A DNA stretch of 64,000 bases from the NCBI GenBank assembly GCA_965248865.1, contig CBDFKP010000002.1:213573-277572 (forward strand), written 5' to 3'. The position numbers were made by a program, and so were the translations under genes. This DNA is from Dehalococcoidia bacterium (GTDB lineage Bacteria; Chloroflexota; Dehalococcoidia; Lucifugimonadales; JAPUKM01). This document shows, one piece after another, positions 1-10,242 of the stretch. Each line of letters opens with the position of its first letter. The first letter of the stretch is position 1. The notes beneath the pieces were generated by a model, which saw only the letters and a list, made by a program, of their open reading frames with translations, made no database searches and was not told where the DNA came from.

Positions 1-394
1 CCGGCTCCAGCTCCGCCAGCGCCTCCAGGTTGACGTTGAAGGCGTCTCCAATGGAGGGGACTTCGGCTGCCTGCGGAGGGAAATCGGAATACTGATCCCG
101 GCCCACCAGCGTGTCGCCCAGGCCCACGGCGAAGAGCACCTCGGTGAAGGCGGGCGAGTAGGAGACGATGCGCCGCGGCCGCTCGCTGAAGAGGACCTCC
201 TTGCCGTTGCTGCCGGTAACCGTGACCGGCTTGTAGGGGACGGGCGTGCTGGTGGGCGTGGCCGCGGGCGTTGGCAGGGGCGTGGGCGCTGAGGTGGGCA
301 CGGGGGTGGCCGTCGGCGATTCCCCGCAACCCAGCGCTATAATGCCCAGGGCCAGCAGAGGGGATACCAGTGCTTTGGTCGCAAGCCGTTTCAT
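1..394 (-). CDS. ABC-importer periplasmic substrate-binding lipoprotein (BtuF/FhuD-like); N-terminal part only, gene continues past window start
   Basis: Not in ORF track because it runs off the edge. Reverse translation from ATG at 392-394 gives MKRLATKALVSPLLALGIIALGCGESP (lipobox LGC), a Pro/Thr-rich linker, then RIVSYSPAFTEVLFAVGLGDTLVGRDQYSDFP, typical of cobalamin/siderophore binding proteins. A B12 riboswitch lies upstream. Confidence 0.6.
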   Translation of the reverse strand, partial: MKRLATKALVSPLLALGIIALGCGESPTATPVPTSAPTPLPTPAATPTSTPVPYKPVTVTGSNGKEVLFSERPRRIVSYSPAFTEVLFAVGLGDTLVGRDQYSDFPPQAAEVPSIGDAFNVNLEALAELEP

Positions 395-492
395 CTGTAC
401 GTTCCTTTCCCGGCCCATCAAGGGAAAGGCAGCAAAGGGGCTCCCCCCACCTTCTCTCAGGGGTAGGAAAACAGGGGGTATGCTCCGGACAG

Positions 493-517
493 CAAAACAC
501 CCTGTCTCGGGACAGGG
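493..517 (-). terminator. Intrinsic terminator/attenuator of the B12 riboswitch
   Basis: Minus strand CCCUGUC-CCGA-GACAGGG followed by UGUUUUG, about 100 nt upstream of the binding-protein ATG. Confidence 0.6.
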
Positions 518-705
518 ACAGGGTGCGTGTGTGCTGAACGGCATGCCTGTGCCTTATCCTCGAAGGCCAATGACATGGACAGAGTCGGTGGTCCGGGCTC
601 GCCCCGACTAGCGTCGGGGCATACCGTTGCGGGACAGCGCCGGCCTCTCACCGGCTTCCTCCGAGCGCCCAAGGGGACGCCTCTGTCCTTGCTATTCTGT
701 TGTAA
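493..705 (-). promoter_or_regulatory. Cobalamin (B12) riboswitch, aptamer plus terminator expression platform
   Basis: Minus strand reads GGAGGAAGCCGGUGAGAGGCCGGCGCUGUCCCGCAACGGUA, matching the conserved GGGAA..GGUG.AA..CC..CCCGC.AC.GUA core. A B12-box-like GAGCCCGGACCACCGAC lies at 584-600. Position is 5' of the BtuF-like gene. Confidence 0.75.
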
Positions 706-731
706 ATGTAACCGTCCGGACGGTTTGGCAG

Positions 732-761
732 AGTTTACAGTGAAGGATCTAGGGGTGTCAA
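732..761 (-). promoter_or_regulatory. Candidate sigma70-type promoter for the riboswitch-controlled transcript
   Basis: Minus strand TTGACA (756-761), 18-nt spacer, TAAACT (732-737). Motif match only. Confidence 0.35.
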
Positions 762-818
762 GAGGGAGAACGGCGTGCATGAAGCTCTCTTTGCTGGCTT
801 CCTTCCACCCGTGGCATA

Positions 819-1976
819 ATGGGCGGCATGGTAGTCACTGATGCGGCATCACTGAAGGCGCAGGTTGCTCGGTACGCCCGCGAGCTGGGTTTCGACCAGG
901 TTCGTATCGCCTCCGCGGAGCCGTTCATCCAACAGGGGCGAATTGCCCAGGAGCGGGTCCGCCGGGGTTATATGGACGGCATGCCGTGGTACACGGAGGA
1001 GCGCGTGCGGAAGGCAAGCGACCCACTGGCGCTGCTGCCCGGCGCTCGGAGCTTCATAGCCGTGGCCTTGAGCTACCTGCCGCCGGAAGAGGAGGGCGAT
1101 GGAGCGTCCGGTATGCCTGTGGGCAAGGTGGCCCGTTACGCCCGGTGGACCGACTATCACCAGGTGATGAAGCAACGGTTGCGGGTCCTGGCTCAGGGGC
1201 TCTCCGGGTACGTGGGCCTGCCGGTGCGGACCCGTATTTTCGTGGACGACAGCCCGCTGTTGGAGCGGGCCGTGGCCGAGCGGGCCGGGCTGGGCTGGTT
1301 TGGCAAGAACACCAATATACTGACCGCCAGCCACGGCTCCTGGGTCTTCCTGGGCAGTGTGCTTACCGACCTGGAGCTAGAGCCCGACGAGCCACTGAAA
1401 AAGAGCTGCGGCGAGTGCGTGCGATGCATGCCAGCCTGTCCCACGGGAGCCATCGTCGCGCCGTATGTCATCGATGCCCGCCGGTGCATCTCCTACTTGA
1501 CCATCGAGTGTCGTGGGCCCATTCCTCGCGACCTGCGGCCGCTGGTGGGCGACTGGGTGTTCGGGTGTGACATCTGCCAGGAGGTGTGCCCGGTGAACGA
1601 AGGCGTGACCGCCACCGGCACGGCGCTGGGACGCACGGGGTTCTCCTCTCTGGAGCTGATTCCACTGCTCTCCATGAGCCAGGAAGAGTTTGCCGCCCGG
1701 TTCAGCGGCTCGCCCATCAAGAGGGCGAAGCGGGTGGGGTTGCAGCGCAACGTGTGCGTCGCTTTGGGGAACATCGGCGACCTGCGGGCGGTGCCCGCAC
1801 TGGGCCATGCGTTGCGGGAGTCGGAGCACGCGCTGGTGCGGGGCCACGCCGCCTGGGCGCTGGGTCGCCTGGGCGGTTTGGAGGCCAGGCGGTTGCTGGA
1901 GGAGACGTTGCAATGTGAGGAAGAGCCGGAGGTGCGTGAGGAGGTCCGGATGGCGCTGGTGGAATTCACGACGTGA
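819..1976 (+). CDS. queG: Epoxyqueuosine reductase (B12- and 4Fe-4S-dependent)
   Basis: 385 aa. Ferredoxin-type motifs CGECVRCMPACPTGAI and CDICQEVCP, core GLGWFGKNTNILT, C-terminal HEAT-like repeat (GNIGD..ALVRGHAAWALGRLG). Confidence 0.9.
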   Translation: MGGMVVTDAASLKAQVARYARELGFDQVRIASAEPFIQQGRIAQERVRRGYMDGMPWYTEERVRKASDPLALLPGARSFIAVALSYLPPEEEGDGASGMPVGKVARYARWTDYHQVMKQRLRVLAQGLSGYVGLPVRTRIFVDDSPLLERAVAERAGLGWFGKNTNILTASHGSWVFLGSVLTDLELEPDEPLKKSCGECVRCMPACPTGAIVAPYVIDARRCISYLTIECRGPIPRDLRPLVGDWVFGCDICQEVCPVNEGVTATGTALGRTGFSSLELIPLLSMSQEEFAARFSGSPIKRAKRVGLQRNVCVALGNIGDLRAVPALGHALRESEHALVRGHAAWALGRLGGLEARRLLEETLQCEEEPEVREEVRMALVEFTT

Positions 1977-2010
1977 GCGATGTCTGGCTTTGTAGCTACT
2001 AGGAGGGACC

Positions 2011-3204
2011 ATGCCACTGCCTCTGGAGGGTATCAAGGTTATCGACATGACCCAGATCGTCATGGGGCCCACCTGCACCAGGAACCTGGCCGACCAGAGG
2101 GCGGATGTGATCAAGGTGGAGCCGCCCCGGGGCGACGACTACCGGACCCGGTACACCACGCCGAGGCTCGCCAGCCATAACCAGAGCCGCCCCTTCCTGA
2201 CGCTGAACCGGAACAAGCGGAGCATCGTTGTTGACCTGGCGATGGAGTCTGGTCGGGGGGTGGTGCACCGGCTGTCGAAGTGGGCCGATGTAATGGTGGT
2301 CAACCTGCGGCCCAGGGCGGCAAGACGGCTCGGTGTGGACTACGCTACGTTGCGGGAGAGAAACCCTCGGCTGGTGTACGCCGTGGTCAACGGGTACGGT
2401 CAGAAGGGGCCGGACAGCGACCTGCCTGCCTACGATATGGTGCTGCAGGCCCGGTCAGGGATCGCCTCCACCACCAGGGGGCCGGACGGTGCTCCCATTC
2501 CCTCGGCGATACTCATCGCGGACACGTCCGGGGCGATGTTCCTGTGCTACGCCATCATGGTTGCGCTGTGGGAGCGTCAGAAAACGGGCCGGGGCCAGCA
2601 GGTGGAGCTTTCGCTGCTGAGCCAGGCACTGGCCATGCAGGACCTGGATATGGTCAAGATACAGGGCGAACCGGAGGAGCCGTCCGGGGGCGCACCCCGG
2701 GGGGCCACCTTCTACTACCGGTGTGCCGATGATCACTATCTGTCCGTGGTGATGGTGACGAGCCGTCAGTGGGCCGCTCTGTGCACGGTGCTGGAGCTGG
2801 AGCACCTGATCGAAGACGACAGGTTTGAGAGCTTTGATAAACGGAGGGCCGTGGCGCAGGAGGTGTTTGAGTTGCTGAGCGGCGTCTTTGGGACGCGGCC
2901 GCGGTCGGAGTGGCTACGGCTGCTGCGGGAGGCGGATGTACCGGCGGCACCGGTGGCTGAGCGGGCGGAGGTGTTCCATGACACGCAGGTGGTGGCCAAC
3001 GAGATGTTCGTCCGCCAGGCGCATCCGGATGTGGGTGACGTGACCATGGTGAACATACCGTTCACGCTATCAGCCAACGAGGGTGAGGCGCACATGCGAC
3101 GGCCGGCGCCGGGCCTGGGCCAGCACACCGACGAGGTGCTCGGTGAGCTGGGCTACACCGGAGGCGAGATTCAGGCGCTGCGGCAGGAGAAGGCGGTGGG
3201 GTAG
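2011..3204 (+). CDS. Family III (CaiB/BaiF-type) CoA-transferase, Asp-containing
   Basis: 397 aa. N-terminal LEGIKVIDMTQIVMGPTCTRNLADQRADVIKVEPP. Catalytic-Asp region ILIADTSGAMFLCYAIMVALWERQKTGRGQQVE. Confidence 0.85.
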   Translation: MPLPLEGIKVIDMTQIVMGPTCTRNLADQRADVIKVEPPRGDDYRTRYTTPRLASHNQSRPFLTLNRNKRSIVVDLAMESGRGVVHRLSKWADVMVVNLRPRAARRLGVDYATLRERNPRLVYAVVNGYGQKGPDSDLPAYDMVLQARSGIASTTRGPDGAPIPSAILIADTSGAMFLCYAIMVALWERQKTGRGQQVELSLLSQALAMQDLDMVKIQGEPEEPSGGAPRGATFYYRCADDHYLSVVMVTSRQWAALCTVLELEHLIEDDRFESFDKRRAVAQEVFELLSGVFGTRPRSEWLRLLREADVPAAPVAERAEVFHDTQVVANEMFVRQAHPDVGDVTMVNIPFTLSANEGEAHMRRPAPGLGQHTDEVLGELGYTGGEIQALRQEKAVG

Positions 3205-3285
3205 GGGGAGATGACTGTTAAAACCTGGACTCATGGTCATCAACTTAATAAACATCATGCCTTTCTAGATTCTTCGTCGTCCCGA

Positions 3286-4456
<1,171 letters not shown>

Positions 4457-4590
4457 GTCCCGATGTATCGGGACGAAGAATCTAAGGCCAAACACTCAAG
4501 AAATGGCAAGTTATTTCGTTTAAGCCCATAAGTCCAGGGTTATCATCACGGCTCCCCGGGCGGGGTTCGAACTTCGCAGTTAGCTAGCGC

Positions 4591-5586
4591 CTACTCTATG
4601 CCCAGCTCAGCTTTGACCTGGCGGACGGCGGCGATCATGTTGCGGAGCTTGGCTACCGACTCGTCCTCCAGGCGTGTCTTGAGGCCGCAGTCGGGCTTGA
4701 TGTAGAGGCGCTCCGGGGGGAGTACCTCCAAACCTCGCTTGATGCCCGCCACGATCTCCTCGACGGGCTCAACCTCATGGGTGTGAACGTCCAGCACGCC
4801 CATGGAGACGGCCATATCGTCGGGCAGGCCCTTCTGGCGGATGACGTCAAGGATGAAATAGTCGCTGTTGGCCATCTCCAGGTCCAGGTTGTTCACCGGC
4901 AGGTGTGCTATCTGACCAAAGACGGCTGCGAACTCGGCGTAGGTCTGGGAGTATTCGGCTGTGTGGGTAAAGGTGTAGGCGCTCAGACCCTGGGTGACGA
5001 TGCCCAGGGCACGGGAGGCCAATTCCACCTCCTCGGCCCGGGTGGAGATGGCGGGCTCGTCGATCTGGATGTACCTGGAGCCCGCCCGCTCCAAGTCCAC
5101 GGCCTCGTCGTGGATGGCGCTGGCCAGGTCCAGGATGAATGCTTCGCGGGAGGGGTAGTACTCGTTGAAGGACCAGTCGGCGATGGTGTAGGGGCCGGTA
5201 AGCATCCCCTTGACCGGTCTATCGGTGAGGCTCTGGGCGTACTTCCACCACTCGATGGTGATGGCGTCGGTGCGTCCCACGGGGCCGACGGCGATGGGCT
5301 TGCGGTAGTAGCGGTTGCCGTAGGAGCGCACCAGGCCGCTGATGGCGAACCCCTCCATGTGCTCAGAGAAGTAGGCGACCATATCGCCGCGGTTCATCTC
5401 GCCGTCCACCAGGATGTCCATGTCCATCTCTTCCTGGAGGCGGATCCAGTGCTCTGTAGCCTGGCGTCCCAGGCGGTCCAGCTCCTGGGCGTCGATCTCG
5501 CCCCGGGCGGCCCTGGTGCGGGCCTGGAGTAGATACTCAGGCTTGGGATAGCTGCCGACAGCGGTGGTCAGTAGGCCTTTGGTCAT
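4591..5586 (-). CDS. MetE-family (cobalamin-independent methionine synthase catalytic-domain-like) protein, core-MetE size
   Basis: 331 aa. N-terminal TTAVGSYPKPEYL, LEMANSD, C-terminal IKPDCGLKTR. The H-x-C zinc motif reads THTA (Cys replaced by Ala). Confidence 0.75.
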   Translation of the reverse strand: MTKGLLTTAVGSYPKPEYLLQARTRAARGEIDAQELDRLGRQATEHWIRLQEEMDMDILVDGEMNRGDMVAYFSEHMEGFAISGLVRSYGNRYYRKPIAVGPVGRTDAITIEWWKYAQSLTDRPVKGMLTGPYTIADWSFNEYYPSREAFILDLASAIHDEAVDLERAGSRYIQIDEPAISTRAEEVELASRALGIVTQGLSAYTFTHTAEYSQTYAEFAAVFGQIAHLPVNNLDLEMANSDYFILDVIRQKGLPDDMAVSMGVLDVHTHEVEPVEEIVAGIKRGLEVLPPERLYIKPDCGLKTRLEDESVAKLRNMIAAVRQVKAELGIE

Positions 5587-5741
5587 TGCTCTTTCTCTTT
5601 TCTCCCACTCACCTGCCCTGTAGGAACATGGAGTCCTTTATTCGCATGATCACTCCAGTCATCAACCAGCGTTCCGAAGAGATCGAAGATGGCGGCCTTG
5701 TATTTCATCGAATCATGGCCAAGGGGCGCACCCCTGCCGGT

Positions 5742-6716
5742 TCAGGCCAACGCTTCCTGGGCTGCCTTGGCCCCTTCCACCAGTCGTGCCAGCTTGTCCC
5801 GGGCGTTTGTGCGGGGGAGGAAGCCCAGTCCGCAGCTTGGGCTCAGGTGGATGCGTTCCAGGGGCACGCTGGCGGTTATACGGCGCACCGCCGCCACGAT
5901 CTCCTCCACCGGCTCCATGCGGGTGTTGCGCGCGTCCAAGAGGCCTACAGCCACCTCCTTGTCGCTGGGGAAACCGTCCAGCAGGTCATAGTTGGCAGGG
6001 CCCCAGGCGAAGTCCAGGCCGATGACCTGGAAGGGGAGTCGGTAGAAGTCCGGGGTTAGCCCCGATGCATCGCGAAAGTAGGTGGTCAGGGCCGTCTTGG
6101 CTCGGAGGCCCTGGGTGAGGACATGGGAGGCCTCCTTGAACAGCGAAAAGTCGTCCTTGTACTTCAGGATGGCCGGCTCATCGAACTGGATAACCGTGGC
6201 GCCGGCCTCCTCCAATGCTTTGGCCTCCCGGTTCAGTACGCCCGCCAGGTCCATAACCAGCGGGGCCAGGTCCGGGTAGCACCCCAACTGGGCCATTCGG
6301 CCCTGGGTGTACGGGCCGGTGATCACCGCTTTGACGGGCCGAGGGCTGTGGGCCTGGGCGAACCGGAAGTGATCTACGCTGATGGGGCCGTCCCAGGTCA
6401 GCGTGGACTCCGGGATGGGCTGACGGTAGTAGGTGTTGCTATCAAAGTAGCGGATGAGGCCGTTGATGGAGAAGCCCGGGATGCCCCGGGCGAAATAGGT
6501 CTGGCCATCGTCCCAACGGATATGGCCGTCGGTGACCAGGTCGATGCCCGCCTGAACCTGCTCGTCGATGGCCTCCTTGGTAACCTCGTCCTCTATGCGG
6601 CGGAGCTCCTCCTGGCTGATGCCTCCCTGGTCGAGTTGACGGATGGCGGCGCGCAGGCTGGGCGCCCTGGTACCGGGGCCGATTTTGGGGTAGTTGCCAA
6701 CGACCGTGGTGATCAA
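5742..6716 (-). CDS. MetE-family protein, paralog resembling the N-terminal (non-catalytic) MetE barrel
   Basis: 324 aa. MITTVVGNYPKIGPG, SPSCGLGFLPR. Lacks the HxC and Glu zinc ligands. Sits directly upstream of 4591..5586 on the same strand. Confidence 0.7.
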   Translation of the reverse strand: MITTVVGNYPKIGPGTRAPSLRAAIRQLDQGGISQEELRRIEDEVTKEAIDEQVQAGIDLVTDGHIRWDDGQTYFARGIPGFSINGLIRYFDSNTYYRQPIPESTLTWDGPISVDHFRFAQAHSPRPVKAVITGPYTQGRMAQLGCYPDLAPLVMDLAGVLNREAKALEEAGATVIQFDEPAILKYKDDFSLFKEASHVLTQGLRAKTALTTYFRDASGLTPDFYRLPFQVIGLDFAWGPANYDLLDGFPSDKEVAVGLLDARNTRMEPVEEIVAAVRRITASVPLERIHLSPSCGLGFLPRTNARDKLARLVEGAKAAQEALA

Positions 6717-6881
6717 AGAGAGCTACCTATCCTACTGGGGTGACGAGCTTCGTCGCGCAATCTCATTGTACCGATAGGGCTGGCGAGATGCAATGGAGAT
6801 TTCATTGGCTTCCCAAGAGCGGTGGCGGAGGTGCTAGAATGGGTTGGAGGGTCTACGTACTTCGTAAGGAGAGGTTGGAAC

Positions 6882-7391
6882 ATGCCACGCAACTACTGGA
6901 TGGTGGTGACCACGCTGGAGAACTACCGCATTACCCGCGGGCATGACTGCACCGTTCAGGGGTTCAAGGGGAAGCTGAGGAAGCGAGTGGAGCGGATGGA
7001 GGTAGGGGACCGTATGCTCTTCTACATAGGGAGGGAGAAGTGGTTTGCGGCAAGCGCCACGGTGACGTCCACCTTTTTTGAGGAGCACAATCAGGTGTGG
7101 GTCTCGCCGTCGGGCCGGGAGGAGTACCCGTACAGGGTGCACATAGAGCCGGAGGCGTTGCTGGAGGAGGAGGAGTTTCTGGACGCCCGCGAGATTGGGC
7201 CCAGGATGGAGTATGTGAAGAAGTGGACTCCGGAGCGGTGGCCCCTGGCGTTCATTGGTGACCTCCACCTAGTGCCCAAGAAGGACTTCTCCCTCATAGA
7301 GGATGAGATGAAGAAGGTTATCTCGTCCCGGAGGAGGAGTGCAGGCGCTTCGAACGTGGTGCAGGCAGAGGAGGCGCCGGATATTGAGTAG
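6882..7391 (+). CDS. EVE/PUA-like domain protein (start moved to MPRNYWMVV)
   Basis: MPRNYWMVVTTLENYRITRGHD..VGDRMLFYIGREKWFAASATV resembles the EVE (PUA-like beta-barrel) fold. Domain call is by eye. Confidence 0.5.
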   Translation: MPRNYWMVVTTLENYRITRGHDCTVQGFKGKLRKRVERMEVGDRMLFYIGREKWFAASATVTSTFFEEHNQVWVSPSGREEYPYRVHIEPEALLEEEEFLDAREIGPRMEYVKKWTPERWPLAFIGDLHLVPKKDFSLIEDEMKKVISSRRRSAGASNVVQAEEAPDIE

Positions 7392-7397
7392 CCGGCG

Positions 7398-7850
7398 CTA
7401 GGGACGGAAAGGCACCGAACGCTCACTCTGGCCGCCGAAGTCAGGGCTGCTCTGACCGGCCCCATCCTTGCTGTGGGAGACGCCGTCTTCGGCTTGCTGC
7501 TTGCGGTACAGCTCAAGGTACTCCGCTAGCGAGTCGAGATGTCCCACCACCGAATCCAGGGACGCGTAGAGGCAGTTGATATTGACCCTTTGGTCCATGT
7601 TCCACATGTTCTCATAGTGGCCGAAGGAGTCAACAAGGAGATTGATCTTTCGCTGACGCAGGAAGTCCGCCAGATCCTCGGCGTCCCGGGAGTCCCACTC
7701 CGGGTGGCTGATGCAGGCCGACTGGGCCATGACGAAGAGATAGAACCCGCACAGGGAGCCGGCGTATGCATGGTTAGCGCCGGAAGAGGCGAGCCCCATG
7801 AGGCGCGCCTTGAGCAGCTGCAGGTCTACGTGATCGTTCCGTTTCAGCAC
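7398..7850 (-). CDS. Hypothetical protein
   Basis: 150-aa ORF with a GTG start and no recognised motif. Kept only for length and non-overlap with neighbours. Confidence 0.3.
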   Translation of the reverse strand: MLKRNDHVDLQLLKARLMGLASSGANHAYAGSLCGFYLFVMAQSACISHPEWDSRDAEDLADFLRQRKINLLVDSFGHYENMWNMDQRVNINCLYASLDSVVGHLDSLAEYLELYRKQQAEDGVSHSKDGAGQSSPDFGGQSERSVPFRP

Positions 7851-8013
7851 GACAACCCCAGTAGAGGCATGGTCATCCGCGCTCCGGCCACGGAGGCCTC
7901 AGTAAGTACCCTCAGCCCATTATATGTACAGGCTCTGAAGCCGTCGATACCCGGTCTTTGACATGGATACATTACGGGGAGATGATAGCCCTGTGTCGAC
8001 GCCTGGCTTAGTG

Positions 8014-8535
8014 ATGGCAACGCTACGTGCACGAATGGTCCGCGCCGGGCGGCTCGACCAGGGACTGTACCGGGAGTTGCAGGGCGATGGTGCGGCGACG
8101 GTCCAGGCGGTTGTGGTAGTGGCGCTGGGGATGGTGTCCCTGTGGCTGGGCGGCATAGGCCTGGCGTTCACCCGGGGGTACGATCTGAGAGACCAGGCGC
8201 TGGCACTGGTGTGGATAGTCCCATCCGTTCTCCTGGGCTGGATTGTATGGGCGCTTCTGGCCTACGCTCTGGGCGGCGGGCTGCTCCGGGGAAAGGCGAG
8301 ACTGGGGGCTCTGCTGCGTGCCCTGGGGTTCGCCAATGCACCGGGTGTCTTCTATATACTGGTACTGCTTCCCGGTGCCGGTGCTCTGATCAACCTTGCC
8401 ATTCTCATCTGGATTTGGGTAGCGGCGTTGGTAGCTCTGCGGGCCACCTTGGGGACCTCAGCTTTCGGGGCACTGTGGCTCTCCCTTGCGGGGGGCATTG
8501 CTTCGCTCATCGTGCGTGATCTGTTGCGTCCATAG
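8014..8535 (+). CDS. Yip1-domain-like multi-pass membrane protein
   Basis: Cytoplasmic N-terminus (LYRELQGDGAATVQAVVVVALGMV) followed by about 4-5 hydrophobic helices. Start chosen at MATLRARMV. Confidence 0.5.
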   Translation: MATLRARMVRAGRLDQGLYRELQGDGAATVQAVVVVALGMVSLWLGGIGLAFTRGYDLRDQALALVWIVPSVLLGWIVWALLAYALGGGLLRGKARLGALLRALGFANAPGVFYILVLLPGAGALINLAILIWIWVAALVALRATLGTSAFGALWLSLAGGIASLIVRDLLRP

Positions 8536-8582
8536 CTGACGGCTACGATGGCCCTATCTGAAATACTAGGCTGTGTAACGCA

Positions 8583-9608
8583 ATGGTGCAGATTCTGAAG
8601 AGAACTCGGCCCTGGACCCTGATACGCATTGCGGCTGGGGTTGCACTGGGATTATTCATCGGCTGGCTGGTGGGGAGGGGAATAGATTGGGGAGAGCTTG
8701 GCAGCTTACTCTACGGTTTCCCTGTGGGGCACTCCCTCCTGGCGCTGGGGTTCTTTCTTCTCGGGATCGTGCTCCGCGCCTGGCGCTGGCATGTCCTCTT
8801 TGTGAACGAGCGGATCTCCTTCTTTCGGCTTTTCCTGATACAGAACGCTGGTATAGGGCTGAACAACGTCTCTCCTATCCGACTGCTCAGTGAGCCGGTA
8901 CAACTCCTGCTGCTGACCAGGACCAAACGCGTCAGCGCGGGGTATGCCCTAGCTACGCTGGCGACGGAGCACCTTATAGATGTCCTGGTCACCACTTCGC
9001 TGCTGGTGCTGGGGGTTGTGCTCATGCCCCAGCTTCAGGGCTTTACTATCCAGCTTGTGGGTGCGGTGGTGCTGGCTATGTTTAGCCTTCTGGTGTTCCT
9101 GGTCATCGTCCGGGGGATGGAGGCACTGCCGGGCAGTAATAAGGTGCCCATCCTGGGCGGTGCCATCGCCTCCATAAAGACGCTGAGGAGCGCACCATTG
9201 CGGTTGTTCCTTTCACTTCTCGGCACCTTGGGCCACTGGGCGGCAGTGGGGATCAGCGGCTGGATCATAGCGCAGGGCCTGGAGATCGATGTGGGCGTGG
9301 GGGTGGTGGTGGTGCTTTTCATGGGGAGCATATTCTTTGTGTCCGCGGTACCCTCACTACCGGGTGGCGCCATCACCTTTGAGGCAGCGGTGGTCTACAC
9401 CTTGAGCTTCTTTGGTGTCAACGATGAGGCGGCCCTGGCCTTTGCCGTGCTCATGCACATCATCATGTTTGCCCCTTCCACCCTCATTGCCCTGTACGTA
9501 CTTCCCAGAGAGGGGATCCGAGTGTTCAGCAGGACACGACCGATGGCAGTGGGTGATGTGGGGTCTACGATGCCGGAGCCCGATGAAGAGGGCCGCCACT
9601 TGGGCTAG
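8583..9608 (+). CDS. Flippase-like / lysyl-phosphatidylglycerol-synthase transmembrane-domain family protein (UPF0104)
   Basis: 341 aa, about 8 TM helices. RAWRWHVLF and FLIQNAGIGLNNVSPIRL motifs are typical of the family. Confidence 0.65.
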   Translation: MVQILKRTRPWTLIRIAAGVALGLFIGWLVGRGIDWGELGSLLYGFPVGHSLLALGFFLLGIVLRAWRWHVLFVNERISFFRLFLIQNAGIGLNNVSPIRLLSEPVQLLLLTRTKRVSAGYALATLATEHLIDVLVTTSLLVLGVVLMPQLQGFTIQLVGAVVLAMFSLLVFLVIVRGMEALPGSNKVPILGGAIASIKTLRSAPLRLFLSLLGTLGHWAAVGISGWIIAQGLEIDVGVGVVVVLFMGSIFFVSAVPSLPGGAITFEAAVVYTLSFFGVNDEAALAFAVLMHIIMFAPSTLIALYVLPREGIRVFSRTRPMAVGDVGSTMPEPDEEGRHLG

Positions 9609-9690
9609 CGAGACGGCGCTGTCCGTGGCCGATCTCAGCGCAGGAAAGGGGCCTGGCGGACCTGGCTCTAGGCCGAGCGGTATGCTTGGC

Positions 9691-10242
9691 TCAGACCTTT
9701 TCCCTCATCAACCATTCCTGGTCCCTGGCCGGGCCGGTTAGCCACTCGCTAACGGCCTGCGTCCTCCCTGGGGGCAGCGCCACGCCGAGGCCATCCGCCA
9801 GGCGGTTGAGGAAGCTGAACATGCAGGTGATGAGGTTCACCGAGAGTATCTGCTCGTCGCTGAGCCTCAGGTCCCGGAGCGCCTGGACATCGGTCTCCTG
9901 CATGGCCCACGGCTCGCGGGTGAGCTTGACGGCGTAGTCAAGCATGCCGCGGGTCTGGGGGTCCAGGTCTGCCGTGGTGTAGTCGTGCATCATGTGGCTG
10001 GCAAGCTCTGAGTCATCGGAATGCTGACGGAGGAACCCTCCGTGAGACATGACTCACCATTGACACCTGTTGACCATGGAGACCGTGACGGCTATGGACT
10101 CCTCCTGCACCCGAGTGAGCGTTGAGGCGCCGAAGGTGATGGCGCGGCTGGCGTTGCCGACGGCTTCCATGGCCGAGGGGATGATGGACATGACTCGTCT
10201 GATGGCGGGCGCTTGAATCTCTTCCTCCCGAATCCACGCCAT
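9691..10242 (-). CDS. AhpD/carboxymuconolactone-decarboxylase-family peroxidase-related protein, predicted selenoprotein (UGA at 10054-10056 read as Sec)
   Basis: Two track ORFs (10054..10242 and 9691..10050) share one frame and are separated only by TGA plus GTC. Read-through gives VSMVNRCQW-U-VMSHGGFL, i.e. C-x-x-U-x-x-x-H in place of the family C-x-x-C-x-x-x-H. Confidence 0.7.
10027..10043 (-). promoter_or_regulatory. SECIS-like hairpin downstream of the in-frame UGA
   Basis: mRNA ACGGAGG-GUU-CCUCCGU (7-bp stem, G/U apical loop) begins 10 nt after the UGA. Confidence 0.5.

Noticed and set aside
246-841. Track ORFs 246..611 (+), 457..780 (-) and 527..841 (+)
   Set aside because: They lie over the cobalamin riboswitch, terminator and promoter, or antisense to the binding-protein gene. 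Compositionally odd and motif-free.
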